DNA from: Octopus bimaculoides
Lineage: Eukaryota
Direction: 5' to 3'
DNA length: 64,000 bases
NCBI RefSeq assembly: GCF_001194135.2
Contig: NC_068990.1
Coordinates: 62,847,705-62,911,704 of the forward strand
Under the pieces are notes generated by a model. The model was not told the origin of the DNA. It worked only from the letters and a program-made list of their open reading frames with translations, and searched no databases. The translations under genes and the position numbers were made by a program. Of this stretch, positions 52,577-64,000 are shown one piece after another (the stretch's first letter is position 1; the number at the start of each line of letters is the position of its first letter).

Positions 52577-52797
52577 TACGAAAGGGTGCTGAAAAGTTCC
52601 CGGCTTTCGATGAGAGAAACTACAGCAGGATCAGTAAATTATGATTTTATTCAATGTATTCCCCTCTTACATTCACAGACTTGTTGCAGCTGTCCTTCAG
52701 GTTTTCTAACACCTGTAAAAGATATCGGAAGGGTGGGCCTCCAGCCAGTCCTATCGCGGCATTCTTGAAGCTAGGAACTTTTCTGCCCCACCTAGTA
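52577..52797. mobile_element. Mariner-derived MITE (221 bp)
   Basis: TIRs tacgaaagggtgctgaaaagttcc vs reverse complement tactaggtggggcagaaaagttcc; TA at both ends; no coding capacity. Confidence 0.75.
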
Positions 52798-52813
52798 TAT
52801 GCATACTTACAAA

Positions 52814-52860
<47 letters not shown>

Positions 52861-54964
52861 TCATTCATGCATATATGCTTATATACATACATACATATAT
52901 ATATATATATATTTATAATCATTTATAAATGGTTTTACCGATAAAGGTTTTTTTCATACTGAACTANNNNNNNNNNNNNNNNNNNNNNNNNNNNNNNNNN
53001 NNNNNNNNNNNNNNNNNNNNNNNNNNNNNNNNNNNNNNNNNNNNNNNNNNNNNNNNNNNNNNNNNNNNNNNNNNNNNNNNNNNNNNNNNNNNNNNNNNNN
53101 NNNNNNNNNNNNNNNNNNNNNNNNNNNNNNNNNNNNNNNNNNNNNNNNNNNNNNNNNNNNNNNNNNNNNNNNNNNNNNNNNNNNNNNNNNNNNNNNNNNN
53201 NNNNNNNNNNNNNNNNNNNNNNNNNNNNNNNNNNNNNNNNNNNNNNNNNNNNNNNNNNNNNNNNNNNNNNNNNNNNNNNNNNNNNNNNNNNNNNNNNNNN
53301 NNNNNNNNNNNNNNNNNNNNNNNNNNNNNNNNNNNNNNNNNNNNNNNNNNNNNNNNNNNNNNNNNNNNNNNNNNNNNNNNNNNNNNNNNNNNNNNNNNNN
53401 NNNNNNNNNNNNNNNNNNNNNNNNNNNNNNNNNNNNNNNNNNNNNNNNNNNNNNNNNNNNNNNNNNNNNNNNNNNNNNNNNNNNNNNNNNNNNNNNNNNN
53501 NNNNNNNNNNNNNNNNNNNNNNNNNNNNNNNNNNNNNNNNNNNNNNNNNNNNNNNNNNNNNNNNNNNNNNNNNNNNNNNNNNNNNNNNNNNNNNNNNNNN
53601 NNNNNNNNNNNNNNNNNNNNNNNNNNNNNNNNNNNNNNNNNNNNNNNNNNNNNNNNNNNNNNNNNNNNNNNNNNNNNNNNNNNNNNNNNNNNNNNNNNNN
53701 NNNNNNNNNNNNNNNNNNNNNNNNNNNNNNNNNNNNNNNNNNNNNNNNNNNNNNNNNNNNNNNNNNNNNNNNNNNNNNNNNNNNNNNNNNNNNNNNNNNN
53801 NNNNNNNNNNNNNNNNNNNNNNNNNNNNNNNNNNNNNNNNNNNNNNNNNNNNNNNNNNNNNNNNNNNNNNNNNNNNNNNNNNNATATATATGTATGTATG
53901 TGTTTGTGTGTGTATATATTTATATATACAGAATGAGAGAGCAAGGGGCAGAAAGACAGAGGAAGAGTGCATATGTCAGTACAAAAACGTGTACGTATAT
54001 GTGTTTGCGTATGGTATTGTGTGTGTTTCTCTCTGTATGTATGTATTTATGTATGTATGTATGTATGTATAAAATAAGGACGCTATTCATTTTTTCTCTA
54101 AACCTCAATTTTCTGCGTGTCTCGCCGATTCCTTAGTTTCTTTCACCTCTCTTTCTCCCTGTTCCTCTAATTCTCGTGCTGTCAGTAGTTTATGTATTGT
54201 GTGTGTGTGTATGTGTTTGTTTTTGTGCGTGTGCGCGTGCGCGCGTGTTTGTATGTGTGAGTGTGTGTAGGCTAGTTTAATGGAAATCTAAGTATAATAG
54301 TCACATAGATTTCCATTAAACTAGCCTTGCAATCAGTGAATGTTGTCGACAAACACACATACACACGCACACACACACACAAACACACACACACACACAC
54401 ACACGCACGCGTGTGATAACACAAATGCACAGACGCACACACATACACATACACACATGCTCACGTACACACATACACGCGTACACATATCCATACCCAT
54501 CCTATCTCTCTCCCCCACATCATGCACACAAGCATAAACAAACTCTTTCCCCATCTTCACATCCAGCCCTCCTCTCTCCGCTCAGGCGACACTCACTGCT
54601 TAGTTATTGTAGTCTAGTCTGTATTTGCAAGACAGCTTTACGCTGGTGGTTGATGTCGTCTGACGGAGATGTCGACCGTATCATATACTTCCTTCCGTTA
54701 TTTTATATTTTCATGCCTTCTTCTCCTACACCATTTTCCCTGCTCCCCTCTCTCTTCCCTTCGGTTTCTCTTACTCTCGCTTTTACGGTACTTTATCTTA
54801 AAGTGTCCCCCAAAAGTGTTTTAATGAAAATATATGTACAGTTAGCATTTTAGTTAAAAATTTCTTGTTGTTTAACACAGGGTCAGTCTTGAACGAGTAG
54901 ACCCATAACTAAATGTTTTCTGATCGTAACCCTTTTAGCTCCTTTAGTGTATTTAGGTCTCCGT

Positions 54965-55223
54965 CAGTGGTTCTCAACCAATATTTTTAACCTATGCAAC
55001 CCTTTGATTCATATTTTATTTGACTGGACACTCATAGCTATTCGATGTTCAAAAAATCCAATTTTTATAATTAAATATTATTAAAAATTGTATATAAAAA
55101 AAAAATATTGTTAAAATATTTTGTGTATCGTAAAATGAAAAACTAATTTATTGCACACAAATTTTAACAACAAAATCTCCTATAGACTCCAAGGTTCATA
55201 TGGACCCCAGTTGAAATCCACAG
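54965..55223. mobile_element. hAT (Charlie-like) MITE
   Basis: Ends cagtggttctcaac ... gttgaaatccacag; internal catagctattcgatgtt and catatggacccc shared with 57584 and 60345 copies. Confidence 0.7.
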
Positions 55224-55984
55224 GTTTAAATTATCTAATTCGTCATGTAACATGGCATAGTATGATTTGAGGTAAATCTGGCTGTTATTTCTTAGATGCT
55301 GAGAAATGTTTGCACTGACTGGACAAAAATTTTACTGGAAATGGAGCAAATTCATTAAAAATGAAATATTCAGTGTCGTTGCTCTGTTTGCTGAAATCTT
55401 TTCTAGGTCGAAAGTAGTGTCGGTGAAATTCAATCTTAAGAACAGGAAAATGGGATTAATCGATCAATGTCTCCTTCGAAGGTTTTGAATTAGAATTCTT
55501 TTTCTACTATTCAATATTGTGCGAAACTCTGCATTATGGGATCAAATACTGATAGTACCAACTTTGGCTGTCATTTCTCTGGTCAACAACTAGTGTAGAT
55601 AAATTGACTTTACCATTCCATTCACAATCAAAATCACCTAGAGCCGACCTCAATTTTGTGGCCTTTATATTTATTTGTTTGTTTGTTTGTTTAGTGCCAT
55701 TGATGAGCGACAGCACCGTTGCTTACATGCTGCAAACAAGCCATTCTGTTGATCATTGTATCTCTGACAGAAAGATGAACAACACAGTGTCTGTAAATCG
55801 ACGCAGAACAAACATCTCAAGGGACTTCTGTCTGTTGTAAAGAACGCCTTTTTCGTTTTCTTTGCTATGTTTAAATACTTAGCAGTTAACACTTGCGAAA
55901 GATAACTGTGTGAGAGTGTGTGCGCGCACACAGACACACACACACACGCACACAGACACATACACACACACGCACACACACTCG

Positions 55985-56034
<50 letters not shown>

Positions 56035-56354
56035 AACAATGGATTTTGCATAAGTTATTCACACTTACATATGTTTCAGTTGCTAACTAACAGGAGTTAC
56101 AAAATTGTACATGTAGGAGAAACAAGTAAGATATCACTTATCAGGATTTCTTCAGATAGAAAATCAAATAATACAAAATTTACATTTGAATGAGGCTTTT
56201 AGAAGCTGCTGATTGTACATGTCTATCTGGATTTATCAGCATCATGTTTCCATCTTTTCTTTCCTATCCTGTTATTTCTTAAAGCCTGCAACATTCATAA
56301 ATACCATCCTTTATTTCAACAAGAGTGTTCAATTTATTAATAAGTTTCCATATT

Positions 56355-56573
56355 AGGGCAGTGAGCTGGCAGAAACGTTAGCACGAGGGACGAGATGCTT
56401 AGCGGTATTTCGTCTGTCTTTACGTTCTGTGTTCAAATTCGCCGAGGTCGACTTTACCTTTCATCCTTTCGGGGTCGATAAATTAAGTACCAGTTACGTA
56501 CTGGGTTCGATCTAATTGACTGGTCCCCCTTCCCAAAAATTTCGGGCCTTGTGCCTAGAGTAGAAAAGAATAG
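56355..56573 (+). mobile_element. Full-length SINE family 1 with 11-bp TSD
   Basis: gtttccatatt at 56344-56354 and 56574-56584. Confidence 0.9.
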
Positions 56574-56837
56574 GTTTCCATATTCTTAGGTATTCTAGTA
56601 ATTAAGAAACATTCTGTTGTTCAAACTAAACTGTGTACTGGAGCATATTCCTCACCTGCATCTCTGATTGTAGAGAAACCATACGCTGCAAGTAAAATTG
56701 TTCTCTCTTCAAACATGACAAAAAAAAATCAAGAATAAGTCATTCAAATTATCAGTGCTAATGTTGACAAGAGTAAATTAAATAACATGATTTGTACAAG
56801 AAGCATCTTATTGTGATGTAATATTTACTTGCACAAC

Positions 56838-57358
56838 AAGGCGGCGAGCTGGCAGAAACGTTAGCACGCCGGGCGAAATGCTTAACGGTTTTTCGTCTGT
56901 CTTTACGTTCTGAGTTCAAATACCACCGAGGTCGACTTTGCTTTTCATCCTTTCGAGGTCGATAAATGAAATACCAGTTACGCACTGGGGTCGATGTAAT
57001 CGACTTAATCCCTTTGTCTGTTCTTGTTTGTCCCCTCTCTGTTTAGCCTTTTGTGGGCAATATAGAAATAAGAAACATTAGCACGCCGGGCGAAATACTT
57101 AGCGGTATNNNNNNNNNNNNNNNNNNNNNNNNNNNNNNNNNNNNNNNNNNNNNNNNNNNNNNNNNNNNNNNNNNNNNNNNNNNNNNNNNNNNNNNNNNNN
57201 NNNNNNNNNNNNNNNNNNNNNNNNNNNNNNNNNNNNNNNNNNNNNNNNNNNNNNNNNNNNNNNNNNNNNNNNNNNNNNNNNNNNNNNNNNNNNNNNNNNN
57301 NATCGACTGGTCTCTTCCCCCAAAATTTCGGGCCTTGTGCCAAGTATAGAAAAGAATA
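56838..57358 (+). mobile_element. SINE family 1 with internal duplication and 66-bp insert
   Basis: Head, body to aatcgact (57005), insert 57006-57071, restart at gaaacattagcacgcc (57072), gap, then the normal tail. Confidence 0.85.
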
Positions 57359-57583
57359 TTTACTGCACAACTCTTCAATAGAAAAGGGGTGAGTGTGGAA
57401 GACGGGAGAGAGTGTTTTTCTTTTTTTTCTTTTTGCAAAATGTGAGCTATATTTATACGACATTGTTATATTGTATTAAAAATTGGAGATGAAAGAAGGA
57501 AAGATCTTGAAGAATTAAGAAGAATCACTCAGAGTACGATTAAGTTATACAGTATATGAGTGTCTCTTTTATTCCTCCAAGAA

Positions 57584-57918
57584 CAGAGGTTCTCAACAAT
57601 TCTCTGTTTATAGATCCCTTCGATTACAATTTTATTCTGATGAACCCCCATAGCTATTCGATGTTTATTTAACAACTAGTTTCATAGAAACTTCTTTCAA
57701 AATTCCTACTTTGTTTTTCGCACATTAACTTGTGTAGGTTGAACTAATGTAAAATGTTAGAGAAAGAAACCTAGCCATTTCTTGCAATAAACATGACTAC
57801 TTCCATCTGAAACAAAATTTTTTCAAGAACCCTTAAAATACTATTGTAGACCCTCAATTTACTATTTTGTCGCGTGGACCCCCTAAAATTTTATATGGAC
57901 CCCGGCTGAGGACTACTG
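57584..57918. mobile_element. hAT (Charlie-like) MITE
   Basis: cagaggttctcaac ... ggctgaggactactg; same internal motifs as 54965. Confidence 0.65.
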
Positions 57919-59539
57919 CTTTAAGAATAACAGCCATAGTATGTCTAAGCCCGTAATTCGACAATCTAGTTCCCTTGTTCTAAGTTTTATTCCCTTCATG
58001 CTTCCATTGCATTCTGTTTTTCTTTCAATTATTTTACTTACAAAAGAAGAAAACACTGAAACTTTTATTTTGTGTATTTTGGCCGGACCACATTACACAT
58101 TCATGCGTTTCTGCTACAACTCCACCATCCTTTAAAACTGTGGACGAATGTTTACCATAATAGTAGTTGTTATTGCTCTTTAGCTGCAGGTTTCACATGA
58201 TCCAGTATAATTACGATCAGATTCAGTTCACGCTTTATGATACCTTCTTTTCCTTTATTTCATTTTTTCTTCATTTCAAACCTAGTGAAATATAGGAAGT
58301 ATTAAAAAATTAATGGTGTCGTTTCCCATTTTCTAAGACAGTACGATGTAGCACGAAGGCGATTTGAATGCTATGTCTAGCAGATCAAGTGACCTGCATA
58401 AAGGCTTCCTTATTCACTGATAACAGTGCTGGTAGACAGTACAGCTGAAGTAGTTTGAGATGTTGGCTATGTTGCTGCTATGACTCTTCATTTTCTATTT
58501 ATATAGTTGCTGCAGTGACGATTGTTGCAGCACTGTACAAGTGATGTGTTGACCTCATATAACATAAATACATTTTTTTAAAAATATTTAATATTTATAA
58601 TATATTCATTACATTTGTTATTATTATTATAATACATCCTCCTTTTGTTCCGTTTCTTTTAAACACCTATTATCACAGTCCCACCTCTACTTCTCCTTTT
58701 CCCACTCCTACACCACCGTCACTATATTTATCACTTTCGCCATTTTTTTTCTTTTACATAGTTTAACTATTCCTATCCCACTTTAAGTGACATAGTAAGA
58801 GTGTGTACGTTTCTCAGGACAGCCCTTGATTTTGCTGCCCTTCCTCTCAGGTCCGCAGAGACTATACCAGGCTTAAAAGTGCTACTCTACAAAAGCGTCA
58901 CCCGGGAAGGTCCCCGCTAACTACTTACCCATTTAGCCACTCTTACCTCCTCTTAACAGTTGGTCACTTTCTCACTTTGATTATATTAATCATAATCACA
59001 TACTAATCATTTCTTCCGATAAAAATTTATTTTAACCACCTTTTCCAGTGAAATATTGCAAACCTCTCTTCCAAATTTACTATCATTACGTACTCTAATT
59101 ATTTTCTCTTCCCACTCACCTACATAAACAAACACTGACAATATTAACATTCTCGCCATTATTTGACGACATCTTCCCTTAACTATATCCACCACCGCTA
59201 TCCAGGAGTGAGCCAGGTAACATCTACGTTGTCACACGAACTGCTAGAAAGAATAGCTAAATCTTCTTTTAAGTCCTTCTTCCAAGAGAAAGGCCAAAAC
59301 TGAGAATTTTTGTGTGTGTGTGTGTGTGTGTGTGGTGGTAGGGGGATAATTTTCTGAGGAGAAAATACAATGTTGGTACTTGGTGTACTCATTCAGAATA
59401 GCTTGGAGCTAAATAACGACAAGAACGGCTACGACGACTTCACAGTCTGACATTTACCTGCAACTCACTGTTTTTAGCAAACCTACTCTCTGAACAAACC
59501 AATATGGTACTCTTTATTTTAACCTTTCACTCCTACACA

Positions 59540-59541
<2 letters not shown>

Positions 59542-59616
<75 letters not shown>
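59542..59616. repeat. (CT)n microsatellite
   Basis: Uninterrupted CT run. Confidence 0.95.
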
Positions 59617-59620
<4 letters not shown>

Positions 59621-60144
59621 CTCACTCTCTCTCCCGTTCTCCTTTCCATCACTATCTCTCTAAACCACTTCCGAAAATTTTTCATGATTTATTTATTTAT
59701 TTATTTATAATCTCTCAAATATTTACTGCTCTGTTTATCTCTATACTCCCCTCGATATATATACATATCTGTGGGGAATATGCTTACATGTGTACAATTT
59801 TTAGGAGTAACATTAATTTGCGCTGCATTTCACGAGTTGCAATCAGAGATGCTGAAAGTGGAAAATAGATAATGCCCTTTGAAATAAAATATATAATATG
59901 ATCCTTTGCCTTCCGTATACAGTTCATTAACGAGTCTTTTCAGAAAGGAATTGTTGTAAAGACTGACATCCATGAAATGTGAACTTTATTAAACCTCTCT
60001 AATGCGTGTGAAGTTGTGTGTGGTCTAATGACCAATCCATTATCTCTATAGATGCCGAAATGGGGGTACAATACTTTTTAACGTCCGTCAATGAGATTAT
60101 ATAGTATATTTGCCTGCGTACGATCACATACTGATATTTACTGC

Positions 60145-60338
60145 ACATGGCCAGCAAGTTTAGGGAAGTGGTAAGTCGATTACATCGGCCCCAATGCTCA
60201 ACTGCCACTTATTTTATCGATTCCGTGAGGATGAAGGGTGAAGTCAACCTTGGCGGAATTTGAACTCAGAGCGTAAAGACGGATGAAATACTCCTAAGCA
60301 TTTTGCGCAGAGTGCTAACGATTCTGCCAGCTCACCAC
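60145..60338 (-). mobile_element. SINE family 1 copy
   Basis: Ends ctgccagctcaccac; complete body. Confidence 0.85.
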
Positions 60339-60344
60339 TGTTAA

Positions 60345-60470
60345 TCGTACAAAAATATGAAAAATAGTTTATGTATTGTAGAAATATAAGCAAATTATTG
60401 CATATAAACTTTAACAACAAAATCTTATATGATCCTCAAGTATCATATGGACCCCGATTGAGAACCACTG
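60345..60470. mobile_element. hAT-like MITE, 3' half
   Basis: catatggaccccgattgagaaccactg terminus; internal attgcatataaactttaacaacaaaatctt similar to 55150-55180. Confidence 0.6.
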
Positions 60471-60550
60471 GTTTAAAGAGTTACCACCGTTTCCGAAACT
60501 TATCTTAGAATGTCTCTAAGCCTGGTGATTATAGCGACTGATGATAAGCA

Positions 60551-60875
60551 AATTGTAATCATTCCGTTCGCGGGGCCTCGACAGAGTTCCGCGTCGTTAT
60601 TTTTCGTCATGCTTCCCCGTACCGAGAGAGGACAATTTGCGCTCCTGCTGCTTTCCTTAGCCGTTTTGCATGCTTCATCTTCGGAATGGAACCCTGATTC
60701 CCCGTTACCCGTTACCACAACGATCGGCACTTACCGGACCGTCATCAGTTGTTGGGCGGATTCGCGGAGGACCCGTCGTGCGAGGGCTAGTCGATTCTAG
60801 CTGTGTGATCGTCCTGACAATTATCCAGAGTCACTAAAAGGGCGTGAAGTAGCCGTACACCTGAACCAGCGTGGG
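60551..60875 (-). pseudogene. Degraded 18S rRNA fragment (orphon; 5' domain)
   Basis: Reverse complement contains gtgactctggataa, gtaacgggtaacggggaatcagggttccattccgaag, aaacggct..aaggaaagcagcaggagcgcaaatt and tgacgaaaaataac...gaggccccg..ggaatga, matching universal 18S blocks, with substitutions and an apparent accacatcc deletion. Confidence 0.88.
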
Positions 60876-62125
60876 AAAATTAAGCAATACAAAATAGTAA
60901 AGATGCCTTGAAAGAAGTTAAATATATATGCTTGGTGTTCGGGAAATAATAATGTTGAAATGTATTTAAGAAAGACTATAAGTCTGAAGGATGACACGCA
61001 CCTGATGAGCAACAGACGTATACAAAGAACTCAGGAAATTGGTGAATGTGATATTCGAAATTTATTGCATGCTGATAATCAGGTTTCAACTATGATTCTT
61101 TAACAACAGAGTTCATAAGTAAAAGATTCGGCGAAATAACTCGCGCTTTACTGCTACTTTTAGACGCTGGTTCAATGTATGAACGAAGCACAAAAGTTCC
61201 ATGAACAGTAATGGTAGTAATGAAAGGGAGAATCATAGATTCATAAGAAGAACGAGAAGTAGTCAACATTTGACGCCGCCTTTTACTGAAATACTTAACA
61301 GGATCAGAAGGACTCATTTGGGATTGCTTCTTTCGAATTCTTTACATGTTGGAAGTGGGTATATTTGATCTTGATTTTCATAGAGCAATGCTCAAAGTAT
61401 TATTAATATATAAACACTGGGACATACTACACTTAATTGGTTAAATAATTACAAGAAATATTCTGCATAAAATTCAATTTTACCCCTCACCAATAACCGA
61501 AATTTTATATAAGATACGAAAATTTGGAAAACGTTATTTTGTTAATCGAGATATTAGTGAAGGTAAGCGCGCGCGCGCACACACACACACTCACACACAC
61601 AAGCACATACACACGTGCTCGCGCGCACTCAACGGACACACGATTTGAATATATCGTTGTTATGTTAAACTGTCGTATGTCCAAAATTGGCCAAATGCGA
61701 TTCTTTCAATATTTAATTTTGCTTGCAATAGCCGGTTCTTTTGGTCAAACTATCGTATCTCCAGCTGCTTGAGATGTCAAGATATGCAAATTGTCAAAGT
61801 GTAGTACAAGAGTTTAGCATTTTTCAAAAGTGTAGTAAGTCCCACATACGACAGTTTTGAAAAAATATTTCTAATTGAAAATATCATACATGCATGGAGT
61901 TTATACAACCAACAATGTATTATTGTTAAGCTGAAACTGTTGCTGATGTATAAAGAAATGGAATGGTGAAACTACTTTTTCATTATCTGAAAAAGCTACG
62001 TTTTGGAGTTACGACTCTTTTGCATAATAGCAACGATATATAACAACAATAAGTATTAATTAAAATTTCAATGCATAAAGGAGCACTAAATATTAGTTTT
62101 CAACACTTGACAAGTAATTCCAAAT

Positions 62126-62330
62126 AAGGTGGTGAACTGTCAGAATCGGGGTGGGGGGACAAGTGCTTAGCGGCATTTCATCCATCTTCACGTTCTCAGC
62201 TCATATTCAACGAAGGTCGACTTTCATCCTTTCGGGTTCGATAAAATAAGTACTAGTTGAGCACTGCGGTCGATATAATCGACTTTTCCGCTCCCTCGAA
62301 ATTGCTGGCCTTGTGACAAAATTTGAAACC
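62126..62330 (+). mobile_element. SINE family 1 copy
   Basis: aaggtggtgaactgtcagaatcg...ggtcgatataatcgact...ttgtgacaaaatttgaaacc. Confidence 0.8.
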
Positions 62331-62345
62331 GATATAATGCAGATA

Positions 62346-62460
62346 TCTTATATATAAAAGGCAGTTTCTGCCTGTCTGTCCGTCTGTCTGTTACCATATT
62401 GCTGCCCAAACCAGGGAACCAATCTTCACCAAACTTAGTATACATGTTGAATTAGGCTAA
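62346..62460 (+). mobile_element. Probable non-autonomous Helitron/Helentron-like 5' end
   Basis: A|TCTTATATATAAAAG start, (ctgt)n core and aatcttcaccaaactt resemble non-autonomous Helitron 5' ends; 3' end not located. Confidence 0.45.
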
Positions 62461-62665
62461 TTGAATTTCAATACAAATCAATAATGGACCGACTACGGGT
62501 GGTGGGCTATTACATGATAAAATGAGAGAAGTGGGAAATGTGACATAATGAGGATGGCTGATATCAGGGAAGGGGAAGAGAAAGGAAGAGATAGACACAC
62601 AGGGAATGTGAGAGACAGACAGAACGACAGTCAGTGAGGTATTCCATATATATAAAAGAGAGTTT

Positions 62666-62669
<4 letters not shown>

Positions 62670-62762
<93 letters not shown>
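62670..62762. repeat. (GT)n microsatellite
   Basis: Uninterrupted run. Confidence 0.95.
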
Positions 62763-62763
<1 letters not shown>

Positions 62764-63077
62764 ACGTGTATCTTCCTTATGCACTTGAAAACTGAGTTGC
62801 CGATTTTGACGTATGGGGTATCAAAGGATTCAGTAATCTTACGACTACCAAATAAACTTTATTTTACATATTTGCATTACAAAATTTTACATTATAAACT
62901 TTTCTATAAGTCAACTATTGTAAACATTTTATACCACGATAACAACAACGACACCTCACATTTTCTATATGAGTGTATACCTTAAAAGACATCCATTTCT
63001 CTGTTGTTATTGGATGAGCGAAACAATTATGAGAATTGAACCAAAAGACAAGCCCTGCATTCTCGGGAATTACCGGG

Positions 63078-63838
63078 TACCAGGTCTGATCAATAGGTGT
63101 TACAGCAGTGCTTGGAAGGAAGGTGTGTAACGTGTGTTCGTCGCATTCACCATGACAGAGAATGTTGTCATGGCGATAACTGGTCATAGGCCTACGCAAA
63201 ACTGCAGAAAGTATATGGAGAGGGATGTATGAGTCGCACACAAGTGTACGAGGGGTTCAGACCTTTCCAAGATGGCCGAAAAATGTCGATATTGACGAAC
63301 GTTCTGGGAGACCCACAACCAGAAGAACTGGGAAAAACATCGCAGATGTGCGTTCAGCTGTGAAGGGATATCGTCGAATCACCATCTGTGAGTAATCAAA
63401 GGATATGCAGATTAGTTACGGTTCAGTTTAGTCCATTATCACTGAAGATTTAGGTATGAGATGCGTGTTTGGCAAGTTTGCGCCAAAACAGCTTTCAGTT
63501 GACATAAAAGACACTTGGGTCTCAGTTGCACAAGATCTTGATTGTGTGGAGAACGATGAAAACTTTTCGAAAACTTTGCGTAGGCCACTAAGCAAGTAAC
63601 GTCAAGTTTTTGGCAAAATTTGATGCAGATTCTCTGCTGAACTTTCAATGCGACGATCACACATTACACACCTTCCTTCCAAGCACTGGTGTAAACAACG
63701 GAAGTAAGCTAGAACGGTAAAACTTAGTGCGCAAGCACAGGAGAGTTCAAGGTCAATCCATGCCAAGCGGCTTCACTCTGCGTGCTTTAGCTTCGTTACT
63801 ATGGCAGCAGTCCGGATACTCATTGATCAGGCTACGTA
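63078..63838 (+). mobile_element. Non-autonomous mariner derivative with long inverted arms
   Basis: Plus strand AYAKLQKVYGEGCMSRTQVYE.F..FQDGRKNVDIDERSGRPTT...LGMRCVFGKFAP; minus strand QQRICIKFCQKL at 63590-63645; termini taccaggtctgatcaata vs reverse complement tacgtagcctgatcaatg. Confidence 0.8.
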
Positions 63839-63841
63839 TAT

Positions 63842-64000
63842 ATGCGCAGGTTTAGCTTGTGCTTCTCAACCACATGGTTCCGAACTCAGTCCCATTGCTT
63901 GGCACCTTGGTCAACTGTCTTTTACTTTTGCCTCGGGCCGACCAAACCCTTCTGAATGGATTTGGCAGACGGAAACTGAAAGAAGCCCGTAGTATGTATA
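63842..64000 (+). mobile_element. SINE family 2, 5' part (cut by window edge)
   Basis: caaccacatggttccg...cctcgggccgaccaaacc...acggaaactgaaagaagcccg. Confidence 0.8.

Noticed and set aside
56855-57108. Repeat-spacer-repeat pattern resembling CRISPR
   Set aside because: The repeat is a roughly 150-bp SINE body in a eukaryotic context, with a single spacer and no cas genes.

Overview
AT-rich eukaryotic repeat-rich DNA (intergenic or deep intronic) with many (TA)n-flanked assembly gaps and abundant microsatellites. The SINE families resemble those I know from octopus genomes; that origin is an inference. I found no confident host protein-coding exon, intact RNA gene or CRISPR array. Recognisable content: three tRNA-type SINE families (more than 20 copies, several with target-site duplications); an RTE LINE 3' fragment; four 5'-truncated R4/Dong-type (RLE) retroelements in tandem inside (AAT)n tracts; several Tc1/mariner relics (DD34D, DD37D, MITEs, one with long inverted arms); hAT-like MITEs; a partly duplicated Helitron helicase relic; and a degraded 18S rRNA fragment. 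The most unusual signal is three diverged copies of a Tx1/L1-type ORF1 (RRM-like region, CCHC knuckle, conserved C-terminal domain). The most complete copy runs 5'UTR-ORF1-3'UTR-AATAAA with no ORF2 and sits inside a family-1 SINE. A second copy and a 66-bp tail-like insert both begin right after the same SINE hairpin (AATCGACT). Together these suggest an ORF1-only (HAL1-like), SINE-targeting retroelement system.
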